Translations under genes and position numbers: made by a program | Source: Macrostomum lignano | Taxonomy: Eukaryota | Direction: 5' to 3' | DNA: 64,000 nucleotides | Assembly (NCBI GenBank): GCA_002269645.1 | Contig: NIVC01000746.1 | Location: forward strand, 1-64,000 | Notes under the pieces: generated by a model | The model's input: the letters and a program-made list of their open reading frames with translations, nothing else | Database searches by the model: none | Told to the model about the DNA's origin: nothing | Shown here: piece after piece, positions 10,484-19,400 of the stretch | Position numbering within the stretch: position 1 is the stretch's first letter | Layout of the letters: each line of letters opens with the position of its first letter

Positions 10484-13400
10484 GCTGAGCCAGCAGGGGA
10501 CAGAGGCACCAAGGGAGCAGCAACCAGAGCCACGGAACAGGTGGCCATCATTTTGAGCTATCATTCTGAGCTGCACAGGAAATTCTGCAACGCCTGTATC
10601 AAGGAGGCTGGCGTGATGAAGCAGTACACCGGGAGTCTGTTGGGACACTGCGAGACGGTGCGGAGACTTTTCAAGTTTTTTACAGAAGCTACTGCTATTA
10701 GTAGCTCAGATGTAGCTTCTGTTAAAGCTTGCTCTGGATTGCACTACAGGGATCTGTAGCCTAGTGGTCAGAGCGTCGGACTCACGACTTGAAGGTCGGG
10801 GGTTCGATTCTTGACCCACTCGAAACAATTTGTGTCATTGAGCAAGACACAACTCTGCATTGCTTCAGTTCTCCCAGATGTAAAATGGGTGCCAGCATTA
10901 GCTGGGGTAATTGAGGGTGTGTGTGGCAACCCCCAGTCCTTTGACTGAACAGCCGTACGCGCAATAGCTGCGGCTGAGCTGTCGGTTGCAAATCTGACCC
11001 TATTGGGGCAGGTGTAATCAAATATTATTATTATACTCAACTGTTGATTACATTCGTCACGCAGATCGAGTGCATAGAAGGCTTCTGGCCCAAGAACCAA
11101 GGCCTGGGCGTTCTTCTATTCGAGTGCTCCAAAGAGTGTCAAAAGTGGTTGTACAGCGACCCGGTGTTTAGGGCTAGCGACTTTCTCGAACAGGTGGAAA
11201 TGTACTGCGTGCCGCTGAGCGTTCCACTGCCTCAAGGTGAGCAATGCTACAATTAATTTAATTAGTTCGCTGGAAGCTGGCACCTTCGCTGATCCCGGAA
11301 CACGCACACAGGAGTACGATAAGACTAAAAATGGTGCACAGTGGCTCTGACATTCTATTTTCGTCGTCAGGCATGCAAAAATTACGTGCCTTAGAAGCTG
11401 GCCCTCATGGGCGCGAATCACATGACAAGTCTTACGTCATTCTCCGTGCACTAATCCAAAACGAATGTGGCCCAAAGACTTGAGAATAAAAGTAGTAGGA
11501 AAGTGGTCCCCTCTACCGCCATCGCACGGGATTGGCTGGGGCACCCGGCCAATGAGCGGAGACGGTGCCCCCCAAAGACGCCCACCCCGACCCCAAACCC
11601 ACCACCGCGACGCACCCACCCCGACCCCAAACCCACCACCGCGACGCACCCACTCCGACCCTAAACCCACCACCGCGACGCACCCACCCCGACCCCAAAC
11701 CCACCACCGCCACGCACCCACCCCGACCCCAAACCGGGCCCCCAGAGGCGCCCACCCCGACCCCAAACCCACCACCGCCACGCACCCACCCCAACCCCAA
11801 ACCCACCACCACCACGCACCCACCCCCGATCCCAAACCCACCACCGCCACGCACCCACCACGATCCCCAACCGGGCCCCCTCCTGTCCTGCAGCCCGTGC
11901 ATCCCATACGAAGGCCTCCTCCTATCCTGCACCCCATCCCATATAACAAGGTCCTTTTATCCAATACCCTATCCAAAACCAATGCCCCCTCCTAATTCCT
12001 ATAATTCCTAAACCCCAATCTTATTCCCTGCCTCACTTACCGCCTTTAAGGCTCTAGCCAAGGCAAAACCTTCATTCCATGCTTTGGCTCTACTCTTCCT
12101 TGCTGTGGCGCGTACAGCGTGAGGTCGTTAGACCTAGACCGCTACTTCTTGGTGGCCAGAGGGCCGCAAGAAGGTCCCGCCACCTCCTGTTGTGTGGGGT
12201 TGGATTCGGGGTTCGGATTGGTTATTGCTATGGAGCTGGTTTCTAAATGGCTGAGTGGTCCCCGGAAGGGCTTCTGATTTGCCGAGAGTTCCCGCGAAAG
12301 GGCTGTTGTGTGAGGTTGAATTAGGGGTTCGGATTGGTTATTGCTATGGAGCGGGAGCTGGTGTTGCTCACCAACTCCCGTCGTATATAATCTCGCGCAC
12401 AGCTGGAAGGAAAGCTCAAAGTTTTTGACAGTGAACAAAATGGACTTCAAGACATTATCGAACAGATTTCGAATCGGCGTCAGGTCGCACTCGAAATGCA
12501 TCAGCATCAGAAAGTGGTACAAACTTGGCGAAGAGTATCGACCAGGTCTACCTGGCATGGAGCTCACCGTCCATCAGTTTTGCCACTTGGGCAGCCTGAA
12601 GGAACGACTGGAAGAGTCTGCAAGAAAGTGTATCGATGCGCAATGCCTTCTGGGCGGCAACAGGCAAGTGGTTGTGCAAAATGGCGTAATCACACTCTGG
12701 CGCCTTCCAACTGTACTCGGACCGCCGGGCGCCTAAGGCACGCCTTACCGCTTCCTACTACACTTTGGCGCGAAGTCTGGGCTCAAAAGCAATGGGTCCT
12801 TGACAAAATTGACAAGTGAGAGTCTCCGGTCGAGCCACCGATCGGCGATCCATAGTGGATGGGATACCACCCTACGGAGCCTGAAGAGTGTGAAGCATGG
12901 GCAGCAAGGCTTGCACTCGACCAACTGATGCAAGTACCTGACAGGCAGCCGGCAGAGTGGGAAGACCACTGGGAGGCCTTCCAAGCAGTTCAGGCTGAAT
13001 TTAGAAAGAGATTTACAGCCAACAGCCTTCATGCCACCAGCCACCAATGAAGCGACGCGCAATGCATGAAGCGACAACTGGTCATTTCGTCAATTAACTT
13101 TTTTAATACAGTTTTGAATCATAATACTGATCATGCACTTGTATATATTGCTTTGTCATTACTGACCATAATATTGCCAATAAAAGAAACATAAAAAATG
13201 TTTCATTTTCGTAAGCATTGTTGCACAAACACAATATAGTCGCATTCGCGTTTATTTTTTCTTATCTTTTGTACACAAAAAATACAGAAGTAAAGTTACA
13301 ACAAAAATATTATTATTTTTAATCGGTGCATAGGCAGATCTCACTACTACTGTTATGCTGTAGAGGAGCTCAGATCGAGTCCAGCAAAGTAGGTTCGGAT

Positions 13401-16400
13401 GCTTGGTCTGCATGCAAAATGCGGGTGAGAGCATCAGCTGCAGTCTGAGCCTCAACCACGCTGCGAGCACCGGCTATTATTCAACGATATGAATGAAGCA
13501 AAATCAACTTTACAGAAGCAGTAAACTCGAGCACAAGTCCGTTAAACATTTCCGGCTCATAGGTACCCCGATGCGGCCATTTAGACTTGACTTCCCCCAA
13601 CCGGAGTGGATGCCGACTCGCGGGAAAGGCCGTCACAGAGGTACCAGTATGTAATAGTCTTGATGCGAATCTGGGGCAGACTGGTCAATCGCAAGAAGTC
13701 CGCACACAGCCTCACAATCTTCTCCGTCTCTGCGAGAGCCTCCTCCAGGCTTTTGGCTCCACAGACAGACACTTGTCCGATAGGATACACCAGCGCGGTT
13801 ACTCGATGCTGCCTGCTCTTCATCACCACTGCCAGTGTTCGAGGATGAACCAGGCGATGGCGGATTGTGTGATGCTGAGGCAGATGAAGAGTCATGAAAT
13901 TCGCTAGTTGTGGCAGACCCACCCGGGTCGCCAGATCGGCTCCTGTCACGATGTTTGTCACGCGAATTGTTGCGACCATCTTTAGACAATCGAGAGAAAC
14001 GCCAGTGCCTGCTGCAGATCGTTACTTTTATAGACCCGTAGCCGCGAGGCCGCAGCCAATCAGCGTACAGCGTCACCTTGTCCAGGGCGCAGGGTAGCAC
14101 GTACTTTGAGGCACTCGGAAAGGCCAGGTGTGCTAGGTCGTAGACAGGCTGTAGCAGCAGACGCGATAGGAACTGGCACTTGACGTCCCCTTTGCTGAAT
14201 ATCGGGCCTTGCAAGTGAGAGATATCGCTCCAGAGACAAGAGTAGGGTCGGAACCCACTCCTGTCCCAGTCTAGACCGTGCCGCTTATTGGTGAGCCAGT
14301 AGCAGGTTCGTCGCTGTCCTCTATCAAAGAGCTCAAAACTGTGCGGCGGCCGGTAGCAATAGTAATGAGCCGTCGTTTGACCGCATGCAAACTCAACCCA
14401 TGCAATTTCCTTAATCACAAAGTCTTCTGTTTTGTAGAGGTGCGGAAATCCTTCAAAATCAATGACAATCATCTTGGCCACTTGATCCACTTGCCGTATC
14501 CTTTCTGAGACTGAGTCTTCTTATAGTCTTGCAGTCGAGGTTTTTTAGGACTGGACTTTTCTTCCCGAGGCTTTTCCAGCAATTTTGTAGTGTTCAGACC
14601 AACTGCAGACAGGTACGTGGTTTTCTTGAAGACACGTAACAAACTCATTAATCCCATTCGGGGGCTGAAGGTACTTAGAGTACGTATCTTTAACTATGAA
14701 ATGCAGCAGGTCCACGATATTTGAGTTGTACAACGGTTTACCATTGACAGAAACTTCATATATATAATCTATGCTAATCGACTTGCACTTTACGGTTATG
14801 AAGGTAATCAATGCCTGCAGACGATGATGCCATTTCTGATTCACCGTCAGATATAACATCTCCTTCCACTGCAGTTCTTTGTGAATTACTGGAGACTGTT
14901 CTTGGGTCGCACTTGCCTGCAGCTGCTGCACACAACGCTCGTCTCTAATCTTGCGCAACTGTTTTTCCGCCTCTAGCTCGGGTTCACAGACTGTCTCCAT
15001 GCCCCTCTGATTCACAAGTGCCTCATACTGCAACCGGGGCACCATTATCATTTTCTTGTACATGTCTTTTTATACAAGTGAGAATCAGAGGAAGACAACG
15101 AAGGATATGCGCGTGTGAGAGATTGCGCCGAGCCTCTTTCACACTTTTGCTTTGTGCAACAAGCCGGAGAGTATTTCGATATCGCCTGCGTCTCCGCTTC
15201 AAGCTATCTTCACAACCAACTTTTCCTGCTAGTAAGTTGATAATACACTCGACAAAAAAGCAAATGGTGCTTTTATTTGCATAGGTAAGTATGCAGCGAC
15301 GCAAGGATATAGTGCCTTCACAAAAGACAGTTATTAGTGCAAAGTGTTTATCCATGTTTAACTCAGTGCAGAGACTGGGCGATTCTTACAGATAAACTCG
15401 CTGCGGGGCCTCATCGGGGAGAAAATTGGCTCTCAGGCGCAGTTCATGGGGTGAAGCGGGGTGAAAATCAAGCAGCAGATAGCGCTGATCTCCATCTCGC
15501 ACCAATCGATCCATCAGTTCTACTAGCAGAGTGAGCCGTTTGGGAAAGCATTGCTGACTTAAAGCTTGGACCGCAGAGGTGTCTCTGGGGTTGTTGAAAA
15601 ACAGCATGTAGGTGCAATTTATGCTAATTGTGCGCCACTCTCTGCCTTTGAAAAATAGATTTGGCGTGATGAGAATGACAAAGCAGGGCTTGTGGTGGGC
15701 CTCACGGGTGAACAGGTGTCGTAGCTCTCGACTTGCAGCTGCTTCATCCAGTAAATCATCAATCACAATCAGGTCATGGGGCTGCAGATCCAAATTCGAT
15801 AATCCTTCACATACTTGCACTCCTAGCCGCCGCAGAGTCGCGTGGAGTTCCGGCTGCGGGCATCCGTGATACCAAATCATCCGCTTGGGAGGTTGGTCGA
15901 ACAGAAGCAGTCGTTGGGACAGCAGCCGCAAACAGAATGTTGATTTTCCCGCTCGAGAAGGGCCCGAAACCATCATGCAGCTGCCTATCCGCAGTCTGGA
16001 ATCAAACACCTTGCAACTGATTTTTGAGTCTGAGTATGATTGCATCGTTTTGAGCCACAGCTGCCGGATGCAAGGCCTTGATGAACAAGGCATTATAAGA
16101 CATTCTCTTATGTAGTCGATGGATCAAGTAAAAAATGCAATACCAGCCGCAAAGAGTTGACGAACTGGGCTGAACAGGGACCGTATTCCATTGTAGCACC
16201 ATCCGCGTTGGTTTAGTTTTCTTTAACCAGCTCTTCATATTTTTACTCAAGCCTCTCAAAGACTTGAAAATTTCACAATGCACTTTACTGGTTGCTACTC
16301 CAGCAATCCAGTGACCGCACTCATCATTCCATGGCTCATACAAAATGAAGCAGCAGTGCATTGCTGGAGTACGTAACAAGTCATTGTAGCGGCCAGCTGG

Positions 16401-19400
16401 AATTTCAGCACATTGCATTGAACCCTCAAGCTGATAATATAGCGACAATGGATGAGAGATCGTGTAGATGCAGTTGATAAAAACTGATTCCAAGCAGAGC
16501 CAACTCATAATCCAAAGCAGAATCCAGCAGCACAGGATGAAGCAGCTCAGCAGTAAAGTTGGCCGGGTCATCATCGGGGCCGGACATTACCTGAAATCTT
16601 TGCCTTTTCATATTTTTGTTAAGTTTTTTACGTCAATCCAACTGGGTTTTTCTGAGTCGCGCCACTGAACCAAATACCGAATCTTTCCACTATTCAGCTT
16701 CTCAATGTTGAGAACCTTGTCAATGGTCCACAGCTTCTTGTTTCCAATCACTTGCTGCATTTCCGGCTCGTAAAACTTGCCTTGGGGTGGAGGGACTCGA
16801 TTTCAAATACTTCCTCACTCCATCCCCTTGTGTATCCCTTGGTGAATGGGTTGGTCGGATTGCGAAGAGAGATTCGCACCATCATTCCTGCCTTGAACTT
16901 TGGTCTGGAGACCTTTTCACGAGTCTCAGGAAGCTTCCCATCATAGAGCCGGTGCCAAATTTTCATCTCGTTTGACTTGTTGACATCAACTGGTCGGCTT
17001 TGAATACTCCGATAAATACTCTGGTTGTATGCCTTTACTAGGGGCTTAAGCACATCGGTCCAGGTTAATGTTGACTTGTGACGAAAGTACCGCCACATTC
17101 GGGATTTCAGTGTGTGGTTCCATCTCTCAATGACTGCGCATTTCTGGTCACTGCTTGACGTGAATGCATGCATTTTCTGGTTTACGCAGAGGGCTCGGAA
17201 CTGGATGTTACAAAACTCTTTTCCGCGGTCGGTCCGAACTGCTCGTGGGCATCGAGGGTGAGCTCGATTTAGGATCGCTTCGAATCCGGCTGCAACTTCC
17301 TCGGCTGTCTTGCGGCGCACCGGCTGAGCCCAGGCAAATTTGCTGAGCACATCGATGCAACATAGAATATATCGTACGCCGCCACTGTACTTGGCAAACG
17401 GCAGCATTTCAACCAGGTCCAGTTCCCACTGGTCATCCATGCCCCGCACCACAATCGGTGCTCGACGAAAGTTTTTGCGTTTATCTCTATGCAGTGTGTA
17501 GACATCTTGGTCTCGGAGCCACGTCTGTATCTTTAATTGAAAGTAATGTTAAAACTGGAAATTGCTAGCATTAAAATACATGCATTTCAATGGGAATTTT
17601 TACCCAAGTGTGTGCACGAAAAACCTCGACACTTTGCATACTATTTAACACTGTGCACGAAAACTTACATACTCGTGCACAAAGTACATGCATTTCAATG
17701 GGGATTTTAACCCAGACCTGTGCACAAAAATGACTCATTATGGTAAAAATATTAATGTGAAAGAACATTTTTCTCTCCTGCAGTGTACCAGATATCATTG
17801 AGTAAAGCTAAGCATGTATTTATTATTATTCAAAATATAGTATGTTCGTATTAAATTTACATGCATATAGTTGTTTAAAATCAGATATTTGCAAAGAAAA
17901 ATTTTATGGTGAGAAAACGAGCTTGCTAGTGTCCAGACAGATCGCACTGGCCGATATACACTAGCCTGTCGAGCACAACATTCGTCTTGAGAATGTGCAC
18001 TAGAACTAAATCCCCGTTGAAAATCATCTGCTCGCGGAACGCTGGCTTGGCCACAGGCTTTCCTGCTGAATTAACCAGCCGGTAGTCCACTTGCTTGCGA
18101 ACATTCTCCAGGGTCTTTCCAAACAGGGGGTTGTTTAGCAGCTTGTTGCAGTCTTTCTTGAACTCATTCTTAGCCTTTTGCACGATGCTCCATGCGGTAG
18201 ATAATAAACAGCGGTCGACACGTCAACACACCGAGTGGTCCTGATTATCCAGCCACTGCCATTGCGTAGGTACTTCTCTATCCGGTTGAGGATAGTCTGC
18301 ATGTCGTCAGAGAAGTAGTGCTCCTACTCACTCCGAATAAGAGAGTGGATCTTGGCAGCAAACCAGGCGGTGTTCTCGGCGGCGCAGCTTCCATTAATGA
18401 TGCGCTGCATCAGGACCCCGAGGCGCAGCTGAACCTTGATGGCGGTTCCTGGCTCACGTTGATGCTGGGTGATCAAGTCAATGAAAGCTTGACGAGAGTT
18501 TTCCAAAACGTTCCTCGCGTCGCCGCATGCACTGGCCCGGTAAAGTCGGGACCTGCCATCAAACGCCTCCTTGATCAGTTGAAAATGAATCGTTTGGGGA
18601 GTCATCTGACTTAAATAGTGCTGGTATCGCAGGACATACCGCATAGTGCTCCTCAATGCCCCCGATTACTGATGACTCGCAAAAGTCGCAAGTTATTTGC
18701 ATTTTTGTTGTATGTTCAATTTAATCTAAAATAAAAAAATCTACACTGAGTCCCGGGTGCTTCGCTTATAAAGGGTCCTGAACCCCAGCTCCTGCGGGGC
18801 GTGTTGACCAACCAAATCGTGCATCAGGGACCTCTCGACCAATAGAACCCCTTCTCCACATTACTCGGCAATTCCGAGGAAATCACTTCTAAATGCTTGC
18901 TCGACCAATAGAATCTCTTTCCCTCTCTACTAGGAAATTCCAAGCAATCGGACCCTCTACCCGTTGACCGATCACACTGAAACTCTGTCTTGCGTGTCAC
19001 CACCAATGGACACTCATTCACAACTCGATACCCACTCTTGGACACTCACTTAACTCACCCTTGGACACTCACCCAGACACTCAGCTGCCCAACCCCTCCT
19101 CTGGCCTGCTCGACCGGCCTGCCCGACCCCCACCTTTGGCCTGCTCGACCCCATCCTTGACCTGCTCGACCCCATCATTGACCTGCTCGACCCCATCCCT
19201 GGGCCTGCCCCACCCCTACCTCCGGCCTGTCCCGCCCGCCTCCGGGGCCTCCTCATCGCTGATTGACTCCCCCTCGCTGATTGGCCAGCCATTCATTGGT
19301 ATGGATGCACGGGGTGCAGGACAGGAGGGGGGCTTGGTTTGGGATGGGGTGCAGGACAGGAGGGGCCCGGTTTGGGGTCGGGGGTGGGTGCGTGGCGGTG

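Noticed and set aside
10749-10820. tRNA gene
   Set aside because: A and B boxes are present but there is no complete cloverleaf, and it is followed by a conserved body and tail in several copies. It is a SINE head; the same applies to 21742 and 30786.
11531-11553. Adenovirus-type NFI origin site
   Set aside because: TTGGC and GCCAA are 10-11 bp apart rather than 5; kept only as a hairpin observation.
11437-12011. Pro/Thr-rich or Gly/Val/Trp-rich ORFs (also 19050-19551)
   Set aside because: Read-through of the GC-rich TIR repeats.
13633-14050. C-terminal 140 aa of the 285-aa ORF as real protein
   Set aside because: It overlaps the TBP-like gene and its promoter in another frame and is low complexity; probably read-through.
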